From assembly GCA_963849325.1 (NCBI GenBank), contig CAWKHF010000004.1, forward strand, positions 64,001 through 128,000: 64,000 nucleotides of DNA, in the 5' to 3' direction. Within the stretch, counting starts at the first letter, position 1. Each line of letters opens with the position of its first letter. A program made the translations under genes and the position numbers. Source of the DNA: an uncultured Planctomycetota bacterium. Lineage in GTDB: Bacteria; Planctomycetota; Planctomycetia; Gemmatales; Gemmataceae. The notes under the pieces are model-generated. The model searched no databases. It had not been told where the DNA came from and worked only from the letters and a program-made list of their open reading frames with translations. Positions 39,797 through 49,363 of the stretch are shown piece after piece.

Positions 39797-40093
39797 TCAA
39801 TACTCGTCAGGGAGCAAGATTGTGGTCGCCGCTCGGTGGCCATTGTCGTCTGCGGCCTCGGTGATGACCCACAGCTTCACGCCCTTCAAGGTCCGGTAGG
39901 CGGACAGAATGCGGTCGCCGTGGATCAGCGCCTCGTCGTTCAACTGCTGGTCCTCCTCGTTGACCTCGCCGTAGTCGCCGCTGGCATGGCGAGCGATGAA
40001 GAACTCGGCGGTCTGGCCGCTCGCCTCCATCGCCTCCAGAGCGCCAGGGGTGGCCGCAAGCCGCCCCAAGGGGAACTTCGCCGCAAGGCGCAT
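39797..40093 (-). CDS. Conserved plasmid/ICE-associated small protein
   Basis: FPLGRLAATPGA...RHASGDYG...NDEAL..G.RILSAY...WVITEA...TTILLPDEY. Confidence 0.8.
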   Translation of the reverse strand: MRLAAKFPLGRLAATPGALEAMEASGQTAEFFIARHASGDYGEVNEEDQQLNDEALIHGDRILSAYRTLKGVKLWVITEAADDNGHRAATTILLPDEY

Positions 40094-40103
40094 CGCTCAG
40101 CCC

Positions 40104-40325
40104 TCAATCAAGGAAGGTCACAAGGTCGCCGTCATACACCACGCTGCGCCCGACAAGTTCCGCCGCACTGCACTCCTCGCCCTCAAGCAAGTGCTGGAAC
40201 GCCCGATGACACATCGGCACCGGGATCACCCGCCCATCCTCTGCGTCGAGAAAGACGAGGACGAGGCTGCCGTAATCCCGCAGGTCAGCGATAGTGCCGG
40301 TGATTGCCTGGATCATCTCCTTCAC
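40104..40325 (-). CDS. Small hypothetical protein
   Basis: Overlaps upstream stop. Confidence 0.6.
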   Translation of the reverse strand: MKEMIQAITGTIADLRDYGSLVLVFLDAEDGRVIPVPMCHRAFQHLLEGEECSAAELVGRSVVYDGDLVTFLD

Positions 40326-40795
40326 CGGCCTTCGGGGAATAGGTCATCGACGCCGTTCCATAGTCGGGCTTTCTCGGCCAATGCCTCCGGGTCACGGCAC
40401 TTCCAATAGCCGCCGCCGTCCTTCACTTCGACCTCGGCAAGCCCCGCCTGCTGGATGCCATCGAGCAGGGCAATCATCGCCAGGTGGCAGCGGAGGAAGT
40501 TCTCCAGACCACCATGTTCGGGACGGCTTGCGGGCTGCGTGCAGCAAGTGAACGACCACTGCCAGCCCTCCACCGCCGGGAGCTTGCAGAACCCGAAGGC
40601 AGCAGGCTCGCAACCGTTGCCGAGCCAGATCGGGAAGCAGACCAGCGGGTGGGGCCGCACGATCTCGACCACCGGCCCCACCCGCTGAAAAGACAGTCCC
40701 AGGGCCAGCCGCCGCATTTCCTCGACCACCTTGCGCACCGCCTCGGTGTCGGACAGCTTGGTGGCCAGAGCGTAGCGGATCGAAAGTCCCATCAT
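40322..40795 (-). CDS. Hypothetical protein
   Basis: GGAG RBS; GLSIRY...GCE...WSFTCCTQ...H...LLD...V.D.GGYW. Confidence 0.7.
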   Translation of the reverse strand: MMGLSIRYALATKLSDTEAVRKVVEEMRRLALGLSFQRVGPVVEIVRPHPLVCFPIWLGNGCEPAAFGFCKLPAVEGWQWSFTCCTQPASRPEHGGLENFLRCHLAMIALLDGIQQAGLAEVEVKDGGGYWKCRDPEALAEKARLWNGVDDLFPEGR

Positions 40796-40899
40796 CGCAG
40801 GCCAAGCTCCCTTTCCAGCTTGTCAAGTTCCCGTTCGAGCAGGACCGCCCGCTCCCGGCTTTTCCGGCCTGGCGGCGAGAACGAGTCAGGCCCTCGATT

Positions 40900-41151
40900 T
40901 CACCGCCCGTCCGCAACGAAGTTGAAGTAGAAGCGGGGCGTGTGCTGGAACTCCAGCGACCCCTTCACCCCGTCCGCCTTCCGCCGGACCACCACGAGCG
41001 GGGCCAGGAAGCCGATGACCTCGAAATCCTGGGCAAGCTGCTGGGTGTCCCACACCTGGCCATGCTGCGCTTCCAGGGCCTCCCGGCTGCCGGGTTCTGT
41101 GTTGATCTCGGCCAGCCGCTCACGGCGGGCCGCTTCGGTCGGGTCGCTCAT
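40900..41151 (-). CDS. Small phage/plasmid-type hypothetical protein
   Basis: GGGAG RBS; WDTQQL..DFEV.GF.AP.VVVRRK.DG..GSLEFQH.PRFYF. Confidence 0.75.
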   Translation of the reverse strand: MSDPTEAARRERLAEINTEPGSREALEAQHGQVWDTQQLAQDFEVIGFLAPLVVVRRKADGVKGSLEFQHTPRFYFNFVADGR

Positions 41152-41167
41152 CGCACTCCCCTTCAAT

Positions 41168-41455
41168 TCAAGCCGAACGTCGGCCTTCCTTGCGGTTGTT
41201 GGCCTCGATCTTCCGGCGGGCATCCTCCGAGTTCGCCGCCCTGTTCCGCTGCGGGTCCAGACCCAGGACACGCCCGACGACCGCCTCGACCAGCTTGCTG
41301 ATCGTCCAGTATTCCGAGCGGGTCAACGGACGCTGCCGCAGCACGTCCATGCGCTGCCGGATGGCCTCGCACCAGGGGTCGTCGCCGGTCAGAAGACCGT
41401 GAAACTCAAGGGTCTGCCGCAGACCGGAAAAAGCCACGGCACGGGTGTAGCGCAT
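41168..41455 (-). CDS. Hypothetical protein
   Basis: GGAGGA RBS. Confidence 0.6.
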   Translation of the reverse strand: MRYTRAVAFSGLRQTLEFHGLLTGDDPWCEAIRQRMDVLRQRPLTRSEYWTISKLVEAVVGRVLGLDPQRNRAANSEDARRKIEANNRKEGRRSA

Positions 41456-41494
41456 CGGTCAGTTCCTCCAAATGGTTGTGTTGCTTTCTCGCCT

Positions 41495-42116
41495 TTACCT
41501 CTGGACTACCACGGTCAACATCAGGCCGAGGGCCTGAAAGCGCCTCCACGATTTTTTCCCGTGGTGCCCAGCCGCCTCGGTCGTCTCGGTTCTCGATGAA
41601 CTCGTCCAGGCAGTGGTCGCTGAACCAGCTATGAACCTCGGCCTCCCATGCTTCCGGCAAGTTCTTTTCCCGCCACATCTCGCTGCGGTAGTTGTCCAGC
41701 GTCTCCAGGTACTCCCTTTCGGAATAATCGCTCTCGTCCAGAATCGGGTAGTTTTCCAGGGCGTCCTTGATCCGGCAGAACTCCTCGAAAGCCGGGGTGA
41801 TCGTGCCATCGGCCTTGAAAACCCTGATCGAGAACCCGTCGATGTAGCCGACTGCCCAATGGCTGTGCCGCTCGAACACGAGATCGGGGTCGCCGCCCTC
41901 GCTGAACGGTCGGAGCCGGTCGTTGATCGCCTGCTCGTTGGACTGCTCCAAAAGTCCGGCGTCCCTGCTGCTCGTGTACCAGACGCACCAGCGGTCGGCG
42001 TCTTCGAGGTCGTAGCCCCGGTGCCAGGCGAAGCAGTCGAAGTCTCGCCAGTTCCCGGCCAGCGCCTTCCCAGCCGCCTCCACGTCAGTCCAGTCGATTA
42101 CCTGTGTGGTTGCCAT
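41495..42116 (-). CDS. Phage/plasmid-type hypothetical protein (frameshift near 41535)
   Basis: RDAGLLEQSN...HWAVGYID...LENYPILDESDYSERE. Confidence 0.7.
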
Positions 42117-42133
42117 CGCTCGCCTTTCCTCTT

Positions 42134-42565
42134 TCACCCTGCGTACTTGGCCTGGAGCCGGACCAGTTCCGCCCGCTCCGCAGTTTCCTGCTCGTTGGCG
42201 AGCCGTCGCTCGTACTCGCCCAGGACACCGTTCTGGTGCAGCCAACTCTGCAAGGCCCGCTCCACGTCCGAATAGGTGAAGCCGGGATCGCCCCAGCAGG
42301 GGTGGGCCAGCGTCATGCGCAGGAACCGGACCTTGCCCTCGGTGGCCGTGAAAAACTCACCGTAAAAGCCGTGCCGGTTGTAATGAGCGATGTGGCCGAA
42401 GGTCAGGGCCAGCCGCCGGTAGAACGTGTGCGGAAACTGCCGCTCGGCAAAGTCCGACTCCACGAACCGGATGAACCGCCGGGCGAACCGGGCCTTCTCC
42501 TCCGCATCTTCCCAGCGGGTCGGTGTGAACTGGTCTGCGGTGAAATCCTTGATGGTGCCGAACAT
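42134..42565 (-). CDS. Conserved hypothetical protein
   Basis: FYRRLALTFGHIAHYNRHGFY...GDPGFTYSDVERAL. Confidence 0.75.
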   Translation of the reverse strand: MFGTIKDFTADQFTPTRWEDAEEKARFARRFIRFVESDFAERQFPHTFYRRLALTFGHIAHYNRHGFYGEFFTATEGKVRFLRMTLAHPCWGDPGFTYSDVERALQSWLHQNGVLGEYERRLANEQETAERAELVRLQAKYAG

Positions 42566-42607
42566 GCAGCCCTCGGTAAGTCGTTGTTATTTCCCAACTG
42601 ACTTACC

Positions 42608-42632
42608 TGTACGCCAGGGCCGATGGCGTTCA
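42608..42632 (-). promoter_or_regulatory. Conserved upstream motif copy 4 (GTACA variant)
   Basis: TGTAC gccagggccgatgg CGTTCA GGAATT. Confidence 0.8.
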
Positions 42633-42699
42633 GGAATTCGCCCGTTTTTCACGGCTGCGATGTTCCTGTCATTGGCCAGCCGGAACCCGGATCGTCACC

Positions 42700-42936
42700 C
42701 TACAGCCCGATGGCCTTGCGCCAGTCCGCAGGAACCTTCGCCCTCGCCACCCGCTTGCACTTCGCCTTGAGGAAGTCCCTGGAAATCCCGGTCGTGCAGA
42801 CCGACCCGACCAGCCCCGCAATCGCCGTGGCCCGGCCCTCGAAGTGGTCCTTGCCGAAATGGTCCAGGTAGTAGCGGTTCGTGCTGGCGTCGATGGCGAG
42901 AAAGTCACCGTTGCTTTCCTGAAAGAAGACAATCAT
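42700..42936 (-). CDS. Small hypothetical protein
   Basis: GGGGA RBS; protein-like. Confidence 0.6.
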   Translation of the reverse strand: MIVFFQESNGDFLAIDASTNRYYLDHFGKDHFEGRATAIAGLVGSVCTTGISRDFLKAKCKRVARAKVPADWRKAIGL

Positions 42937-43248
42937 GCGGCATCCCCTAACTACGGCCCAGGTAGAAAACCTTCCTCACGCCTCCTCAGCCTCGTTGGTC
43001 AAAAAGAGGGCGGGCCTTGATTACGGTTCGGGGCCGGGCCTTACGCTTGCTCAGCAGCACCGTTGCCCTCCTGCACAAGCACCCGCCCCGCCTCCCCGGT
43101 GGTGCCAGAGGAGCAGGAGTACCCAATGGTCCCTCCCGCCAGCCCGGTCGATACCCCAGGGAAGTGTCTCTGTGTAAGCGGAAACGTGGCCGACCCCGGA
43201 CCATCCCCCACCCCCGCCCCGCTTGATCGCCCATGTCGGGGCAAACGA

Positions 43249-44190
43249 TCATGAGTGCGCCGCAGGTGCGCAGGCCGAGAACTGGCAGACGTTCTCCAGG
43301 GCGAGGCGCATCTGGCCGTCGGTGATCTTCCCGGCCAGGAAGTCCAGAATGTTCTCGGCCAATTCCCGGATCGGCCCCGGCTCGCCCTGCTCCTCGAAGA
43401 AGGTGCGGACCTCCCTCATCGTCCGAGCCTTGGCTCGCCCGCTGCCGATCTTCCTGTCCCGGACCTTCTTGCGAATGACCTCGGAATCGACCTTGCCGGT
43501 CGTCTGGTCGGTGGCCTCGGCCACCGCCTGCTGACGGGCGGGTTCGGGCAGTTCCACGAGGTCGAGGGCGGCGCTGATGGCCATGTCGCCCCGTGCCACC
43601 GCCTGCTGAATCGGCTGTGAGAGTCGCAAGGTCTTGCGCAACTGGCTGATGTGGGCGACCGACCTCTTGTAGAAATCGGCAATCCGCTGCTCCGTCCAGG
43701 CGAATTCCTCCCGGAGTCGGCGCTGGTTGTGGGCGTCGTCCACCGGAGTCGTTGCCGCCCGTTCGTTGTTCTCCACGATGTTGCGGACGAACGCCTCTTC
43801 CGGGTTGCAGTCCACGACCTTGCACTGCAACTTCACGGGGCTGTCCGGGCGCAGGACGCTGTTGATATGCCCGACCGCCTTGTACCGACCGTAGCCGCTG
43901 ACCAGGGCTACTTTCTTGTCCTCGATCCGACGCACCACGACCGGCTGCTGCTGGCCGTAGGTCAGTATCGAGTTCGCCAGCGCCTCGATCTCCTCCTGGC
44001 TGTGCGGGACTGCTCGCCCGTTATCGGCCTCGCTCACTACGATGTTCTCCGGCAGAATCGAGAACAGGTCGCCCCGTCCGATCTCACCGGCATTCAACTG
44101 CATCGCCATCTGCAAATCCTCCTGAAGTCGCAAGAAACCCTGCCGCTCGTCCCTCTGGCCGTCACCGGCAGGGTTGCGTTTCTTCGTCAT
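43249..44190 (-). CDS. ParB/RepB/Spo0J-like protein
   Basis: LANSILTYGQQQPVVV...VSGYGR...EN..R...HTH-like WTEQRIADFYKRSVAHISQL; alternative start 44109. Confidence 0.8.
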   Translation of the reverse strand: MTKKRNPAGDGQRDERQGFLRLQEDLQMAMQLNAGEIGRGDLFSILPENIVVSEADNGRAVPHSQEEIEALANSILTYGQQQPVVVRRIEDKKVALVSGYGRYKAVGHINSVLRPDSPVKLQCKVVDCNPEEAFVRNIVENNERAATTPVDDAHNQRRLREEFAWTEQRIADFYKRSVAHISQLRKTLRLSQPIQQAVARGDMAISAALDLVELPEPARQQAVAEATDQTTGKVDSEVIRKKVRDRKIGSGRAKARTMREVRTFFEEQGEPGPIRELAENILDFLAGKITDGQMRLALENVCQFSACAPAAHS

Positions 44191-44218
44191 CCCAGGCCCT
44201 TGCGGGCCACGCTCCTAC

Positions 44219-44243
44219 TGCACGCCAGACGGCTAGGCGTTCA
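44219..44243 (-). promoter_or_regulatory. Conserved upstream motif copy 5
   Basis: TGCAC gccagacggctagg CGTTCA GAAAAA. Confidence 0.85.
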
Positions 44244-44256
44244 GAAAAACCTGCGG

Positions 44257-45755
44257 CTATGCGAAGACATGACTTGCCGACCGGGAGCGGGCCAGCTTCA
44301 CGGCGAGGTCGAGAAGGAAGTCCTGAAAATCCCGGCTGTTGTCCGTGGCCCCGGTGACGTAGTGGGCCACTTCTTCGAGGCCGACCTTCACCAGACGATC
44401 CGGGAGCGCCTGCGGCCCGGCGAAAGCGGAGCTACCCCCGGCCAGGTCGGAGTTGATGAACACGGTCCCGTCTCGGTAGTAGCCGTTGAGCTTGGTGCCG
44501 CCGTCGAGGATGGACGTGAAGCAGCGGACAGGGGGCTTCGCCTTCCCATTCGTGAGGCCGACCGCTTCGAGCCAGTCCCATACGAGATCGACAGCGGCCT
44601 GCGCATCCGGGCTTGCCTGGGTGATCTCCCGGCCTACCATTTCATCCACCGACAGCACCTTGCCCGGCGTGTTGACCCCGTAGCGCTCGGCGGCGTTCAC
44701 AAGGTTCTCCGGGGCCACGACCGGAGTGTAGCCTTTGCGCTCAAGCTGGTTTCTCGTGCCTGCACCCGTCAGGACGGCCTTCTCCCCGGCCACCTGCGCC
44801 ATGCTTCCTGCCAGTTGCGCCGCTGGCGCTTCACGTCCTCGGCAGTGTCCTGGTACGAGGGCTGGAGGGAGCAGGCGTTGAAGCTGTACTCCCATACCGG
44901 CTTGTTGGTGCTGAGCAGGCGGCAGAAGAGCGTGGCCAAGATGCCCTTGTCACCGGAAGCCAACGCCCGACCGCAATGGTGCTGTACGTCCCAATCCGAA
45001 CACTTTCTGGCCTCGTCCAGCGTCAGGGTGTTCAAGTTGTAGTCGAACAGCGATTCGGTTTCCGATGCCGTGAATTCACGGACCCGGACGCCACGGCGAT
45101 AAATCACCGCTGCCTTCCGGTCGCCCAGGTTGCGGTTCTTCTTCGGGAGGATGGCCTTGTCCAACGACTCCGGCTCACTGAAGTGCAGGAACCACTTGCC
45201 GATGTTCTCGTAAAAGGCGAAGACCTCGCTGTTGAGTGGCACAAAGACACGGGTGTGGTCACGCCTGGCCCGGACCTGGCTTTCGTCCACGACCTCGATC
45301 TTCACGCCGGACCAGTCGCTTCGCTCTCGAATACTCCGGTCGATGGCGTTGCTGACGAACTCACGCAGCGCCAGGGCAACCTCGGTCCAGTCCTGGCGAC
45401 CGTATTCCAAGACGAAGCCCAGGTCTTCGCTGCTGGACCGGCTCGCCCCCGTGATTGGATCGGTGCCGCCGTACTTCACGACGACACGGGCAAACTGCTT
45501 GCTGGCCTGACTGTCGGCCACGGTCTGCGGACGGGTGCCGAATTCCAGGCGCAGCGTCCCGGCGAAGACCACCGGCGAGAGGCCGTGGCGCAGCAGGACG
45601 GCGACCCCGTGCTTGTTGCCGGAGCCGAACTGACCGATGACGCCCTGGTGACTCGACTTGTCCGCCAGGCTGACGCCCAAGACGGTGAATCCTTCGGGCG
45701 GACAGACGCCCACGTTCTCGATCTTGAGGAATACCCCCATTACAGTCTTCTCCAC
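44257..45755 (-). CDS. Circularly permuted GHKL-like ATPase with C-terminal zincin-like EExxH (frameshift near 44800)
   Basis: KIENVG and IGQFGSG precede REFVSNAID; C-terminal LEEVAHYVTGATD..RDFQ in second frame. Confidence 0.7.
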
Positions 45756-45784
45756 GAGGTAATTTCTTGACCCACGCCCTGTCT

Positions 45785-45809
45785 TGCACTCGATGCCGAT
45801 AGGCGTTCA
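45785..45809 (-). promoter_or_regulatory. Conserved upstream motif copy 6
   Basis: TGCAC tcgatgccgatagg CGTTCA GAAAAAT. Confidence 0.85.
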
Positions 45810-45823
45810 GAAAAATCCGAGCT

Positions 45824-46102
45824 TCACGCCTTCAGGCGAACGGAAACGTAGCAGTGGCAGTCCTGAAACTCTTCCGGCACACAAGGACGGCGAGGCAGCC
45901 GCTCTCTGCGCAACTTGGCATTCGAGTCCACGTCCCAGCCGGACATGGCAGCGGTTTCCAACGCATCGTCCAGTGCCTCGTCGGGGTTGTTGCCGATGCC
46001 GGTGAAGACAGCGGTGTAGCCCGTGCCGGACACGCCGCAGCCCTGGAAGTGCTGCTCGTGTTCGATGCCGTGAACAACGATCTCGTAGTCGGTTGGCTTC
46101 AT
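45824..46102 (-). CDS. Small hypothetical protein
   Basis: MKPTDYEIVVHGIEHEQHFQGCG...; ATG 9 nt after motif copy 7. Confidence 0.7.
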   Translation of the reverse strand: MKPTDYEIVVHGIEHEQHFQGCGVSGTGYTAVFTGIGNNPDEALDDALETAAMSGWDVDSNAKLRRERLPRRPCVPEEFQDCHCYVSVRLKA

Positions 46103-46111
46103 GGACTGATC

Positions 46112-46136
46112 TGCACACGAAGCCGGAAAGCGTTCA
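46112..46136 (-). promoter_or_regulatory. Conserved upstream motif copy 7
   Basis: TGCAC acgaagccggaaag CGTTCA GGAAAT. Confidence 0.85.
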
Positions 46137-46322
46137 GGAAATGGCAAGAAGAATCTGCAAGTCTCAGTCGCATGACACCGCTGAAAGTGCCGTTTCCGCC
46201 CGGTCTGTGAGACGGGTCGGACGGTATTTATCAATCAGGGGCCGTCACTGCCCGCCGCTTGCCGCTGGCGGTGAGAAACTTCGTTGAGACTCCCTTCGTC
46301 CGGCAAATCACCAACAAAATCC

Positions 46323-46347
46323 TGAACGGCCTGCTCGCTGGCGTGCA
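46323..46347 (+). promoter_or_regulatory. Conserved upstream motif copy 8 (divergent from copy 7)
   Basis: AAAATCC TGAACG gcctgctcgctggc GTGCA. Confidence 0.85.
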
Positions 46348-46390
46348 GAAATGGAGGAGGGCTGTCACCTTCTCCGAGAAGAACCGAACC

Positions 46391-46600
46391 ATGCGCACAT
46401 TCACCTACCGGGTGTACTTCACCATTTCCCCGACCACCTACTACGTCGTTGCGGGGAGGAATGCGAAGGCTGCTGTCTGGCGGGCCAGGCGATTAGAGCG
46501 GGCGCTTCGGGTCTGCAAGCGCCGGACGGCACCGCTCCAGGTAGCCAAGATCGAACGGCTCTACCGTCACGGAGCCGGGGCCAGGAGGGTCTACGCATGA
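46391..46600 (+). CDS. Small basic hypothetical protein
   Basis: Downstream of motif copy 8; ATGA overlap with a following frameshifted ORF at 46597. Confidence 0.55.
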   Translation: MRTFTYRVYFTISPTTYYVVAGRNAKAAVWRARRLERALRVCKRRTAPLQVAKIERLYRHGAGARRVYA

Positions 46601-46810
46601 TCGAGCGAGTGGTTGTCGAAACGGACGACGCCGACGAGCAGACGCTTGCGGCGGCGGTGCTGGAGAAGCGTGGTTGCACCGTCACCGAGACAAGCGACGG
46701 AACCTTGCCGTGCTGGTGCCGGATAGCCGGGATGCCGAAGAGCAAGTCACCGAGGCGCTAAACGATGCCGGGGTAGTCCGCTTCGTCTACCGGCTGGAAG
46801 AGGAAAATCC

Positions 46811-46835
46811 TGAACGGCCTCTCCTCTGACGTGCA
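46811..46835 (+). promoter_or_regulatory. Conserved upstream motif copy 9
   Basis: AAAATCC TGAACG gcctctcctctgac GTGCA. Confidence 0.85.
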
Positions 46836-46858
46836 AGAGAGGCAGGAGGAATCGAACC

Positions 46859-47032
46859 ATGCCAGACGTGACCAAGATCATCGCCTTCGAGCAGGGCGAC
46901 CTGGACGGGGCCGAGGTCATCGAGTTCTTTCAGGAACTCATCGACTCCGGCCTGGCCTGGCAGCTACAGGGCCACTACGGGCGGACGGCCCGGCGGCTGA
47001 TTGAGGCCGGTCTGTGCAGCCCCAGGGAATAA
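46859..47032 (+). CDS. 57-aa phage-type hypothetical protein (absent from ORF track)
   Basis: AGGAGGA RBS; MPDVTKIIAFEQGDLDGAEVIEFFQELIDSGLAWQLQGHYGRTARRLIEAGLC. Confidence 0.8.
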   Translation: MPDVTKIIAFEQGDLDGAEVIEFFQELIDSGLAWQLQGHYGRTARRLIEAGLCSPRE

Positions 47033-47038
47033 CCACCG

Positions 47039-47245
47039 ATGAATCGCTGCGAGAATGCGTCCACGGGCGGACAAGGCATCATCACGCCGCAGTGCTGGAA
47101 CAACCGGGCCTGCGTGACGCTCGAAGTCCGCTACCACGAGAACGAGCGGGACGTGCTGGGACTCTGCCTGGAATGCTGCGAGCGGGTGGAAGCCGATGCC
47201 CGGAGGCACGGCTACCTGACGAGGCGGGTTCGAGACGATTCTTGA
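47039..47245 (+). CDS. Small Cys-containing protein
   Basis: RCEN...QCWN...LCLECC. Confidence 0.6.
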   Translation: MNRCENASTGGQGIITPQCWNNRACVTLEVRYHENERDVLGLCLECCERVEADARRHGYLTRRVRDDS

Positions 47246-47267
47246 CCACTCTGCATCTTCGGGCGCA
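47243..47267 (+). promoter_or_regulatory. Possible degenerate motif copy (TGACCA-N14-GCGCA)
   Basis: Same spacing, ATTCT upstream, precedes 47312. Confidence 0.35.
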
Positions 47268-47311
47268 GCGAAGGCAACTGGCCTCAGCACTATTCTTGGA
47301 GGTTTTGATCC

Positions 47312-47626
47312 ATGATTCTGCGAGACGACAACAACGGAGTTGAGATCACCCTGGAATACGACGAGGACGGCTACCCCCTCGTCAACATCAGCCTGGGCGG
47401 GGGCTTCCAGGGCGACAACGACCGGCCCGCCGTCGAGGTCGTGCTGGACGGGGTAATGATCCACGATATGTTCGATGACGAGGACAAGCGCTGGGCTGAG
47501 GGACATTGTGCCCTGTGCGGCGAGCCGATCAAGCCGGGCGACAAGACCGACGAAGGCGAGTACGGCACGGTTCACCACAACTGCCCGGACTTTCAGGGCG
47601 ACGAAGAGGACGAGCCGGACGCCTGA
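47312..47626 (+). CDS. Acidic hypothetical protein with CxxC...HxxC
   Basis: GGAGG RBS; CALCGE...HHNC. Confidence 0.7.
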   Translation: MILRDDNNGVEITLEYDEDGYPLVNISLGGGFQGDNDRPAVEVVLDGVMIHDMFDDEDKRWAEGHCALCGEPIKPGDKTDEGEYGTVHHNCPDFQGDEEDEPDA

Positions 47627-47751
47627 CAACCGGCCAGAACCTTGCCCGGCGAGCCGATCCCGCCGGGCGAACCATGTGTCACCGTCACCCCGCCATGCCT
47701 TCGAGGGCGAGCCGAACTCTGCGGTCCCTCCTGCCTTCCTGCGTTCCGGGA

Positions 47752-48102
47752 TCACGCCCCGCCTGGTAGCTGCTGCTGACGCACGACGGCGCTGGCCTCC
47801 CTGCTCGGTGCGGCGTACAGGTCGCCGGTCAGGGCGTCAGCAACCAGCCAATGCTGGGCAGCCTCATCGGAGTTGCCCAGGTTGAGGCCCTCTTCTTCCA
47901 GCCAGCGGCCCACGTCGGCCCGGTGGATGAAGTCGAGGTACAGCCAGTTGTCGCACATCCCACAGGCGTAGGAAACGCCGTCGTCATAACACGCCTCATC
48001 GCCTGACGGCTCCCAAAACAGCGACACGAATCTACGACTGCCTGGGTAGCCGAAGGCGGCGAGGAATCCGGCGGGAAGCGTGAAGGGGGCTTTGTGGAGC
48101 AT
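47752..48102 (-). CDS. Conserved hypothetical protein
   Basis: AAGGA RBS; GY.G..RFV.L.W...GDE...DDG...NLG.SD..A.HWLV.D. Confidence 0.7.
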   Translation of the reverse strand: MLHKAPFTLPAGFLAAFGYPGSRRFVSLFWEPSGDEACYDDGVSYACGMCDNWLYLDFIHRADVGRWLEEEGLNLGNSDEAAQHWLVADALTGDLYAAPSREASAVVRQQQLPGGA

Positions 48103-48211
48103 GGGGGTTCCTTTTCGACCGAGAGCGGCCAGGACGGAGCCGAGGATGAAAAATGCCAGCGGTTACAGACTTCGCTGACCCGCCGAGGGATCAGACCGTA
48201 GTGCGGACAAC

Positions 48212-48243
48212 AACGAGAAAGGCGGGGAGGGCGATTCCCCGCC
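48212..48243 (-). terminator. Probable intrinsic terminator after DUF932 gene
   Basis: GGCGGGGA-7nt-TCCCCGCC stem followed by TTTCTCGTT on the minus strand. Confidence 0.55.
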
Positions 48244-48251
48244 TCGACCTG

Positions 48252-49199
48252 TCACCCCGCCATGTCGAGCGCTACTTCCAGGGCGTGCCGGTTCGTGTTG
48301 GCGCTGTCGCCGAACCAGAGTGAGTTGAGTCGGTTGTCCTCGCTGCGCCCACGGCTGTAGGTCAGCCACTCGCTGACGCCGTTGTAGGCCGACCAGTAGG
48401 TGCCCCGGATGGAGGGCAGGTTGTTGCCCCGGCCCGCCTCGGCCAAGGCCATGACTTCCTCCATGATGTTTGCCATCCGGGTGCCGGTGTCCTGATCGTC
48501 CTCGACCTTGAACACCGTCTTGACGTAGCGGCGCAGGTCGGTCTGGTTGATGCTCCGGCGGGCCAGCAGCCGGTACTGCTCGGCGGTGGCCTCGAATTCG
48601 GTGTTCGCCAGGTCCATGATTTCCCGGACGTTGGCCAGATTCTCCAGCACGTCCTTCGTATGCTTCAGCCGGATCAGCTTGCTGGTGTCGGAGCCGTGGG
48701 CCATCGCCAGGGTGTTGGCGCAGACGACCCTGACCGGCGTGAAGCCGCAGCGCACGGCGAGCGAGCCGTCGTGCCCGTGGGAGAGCAGGAGGAACTTCTC
48801 GACCGTATCGCCCTCGGCAATCACCAGCGGGTCACGGTTCAGCTTGGCCAGAACCCAAATGCGACTGCCCTGGCGCAGTGCGCCCGCCGTGTGCAGTGCC
48901 GCTTCCCTGGCGTCGAGGAAGGGCTGGAACCAGCCGAAGGCGTCCTTGTTCTGGAGCGGGGCGAAGCGGGGGCCGACGACTCCCAGCACTCTGGCGTCTG
49001 ACGTGCGGCGGACGGCCCGGTGATCGACCTGGGCCTGGGTGTCGGCGGTGACGAGCGACACCAGTTCGACCTCCCAATCGAGGCCCGACTTCCTGCTGGC
49101 CGCTGACCAGTCGTAGAGGTCGGCTTCGTCCAAGGCGGTCCCAAGCCGGTGCCAGGGCAGTTCCCCGAAGTAGGCCATCGTTTCGACTTCGTGAGCCAT
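48252..49199 (-). CDS. DUF932 (phage/plasmid TIGR03299-like) protein
   Basis: MAHEVE...PWHRLG...GLDWEV...LGVVG...QN...TAGAL...HDGS...TPVRVVCANTL...H...GTYW.AYN. Confidence 0.9.
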   Translation of the reverse strand: MAHEVETMAYFGELPWHRLGTALDEADLYDWSAASRKSGLDWEVELVSLVTADTQAQVDHRAVRRTSDARVLGVVGPRFAPLQNKDAFGWFQPFLDAREAALHTAGALRQGSRIWVLAKLNRDPLVIAEGDTVEKFLLLSHGHDGSLAVRCGFTPVRVVCANTLAMAHGSDTSKLIRLKHTKDVLENLANVREIMDLANTEFEATAEQYRLLARRSINQTDLRRYVKTVFKVEDDQDTGTRMANIMEEVMALAEAGRGNNLPSIRGTYWSAYNGVSEWLTYSRGRSEDNRLNSLWFGDSANTNRHALEVALDMAG

Positions 49200-49240
49200 C
49201 TGAGTTCTCCATGCGGGGTCGTTTTCTTCAACGCTTGTTC

Positions 49241-49265
49241 TGCACGCCAGTAGGCGAAGCGTTCA
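49241..49265 (-). promoter_or_regulatory. Conserved upstream motif copy 10
   Basis: TGCAC gccagtaggcgaag CGTTCA AAAT. Confidence 0.85.
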
Positions 49266-49330
49266 AAATAATGCAGCGCATTTCCTGGCGGTGAGGCAAG
49301 TCGCTGAAGCCCTCTGTTTCGGAATAATTC

Positions 49331-49355
49331 TGAACGGCTGTGCCGTTGACGTGCA
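49331..49355 (+). promoter_or_regulatory. Conserved upstream motif copy 11 (divergent from copy 10)
   Basis: ATAATTC TGAACG gctgtgccgttgac GTGCA. Confidence 0.85.
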
Positions 49356-49363
49356 GAAGGAGC

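Noticed and set aside
43651-45042. Long opposite-strand ORFs (this one; also 48..602, 20493..21659, 50691..51935, 60199..61575)
   Set aside because: Antisense shadows of better-supported genes, as expected in high-GC DNA.
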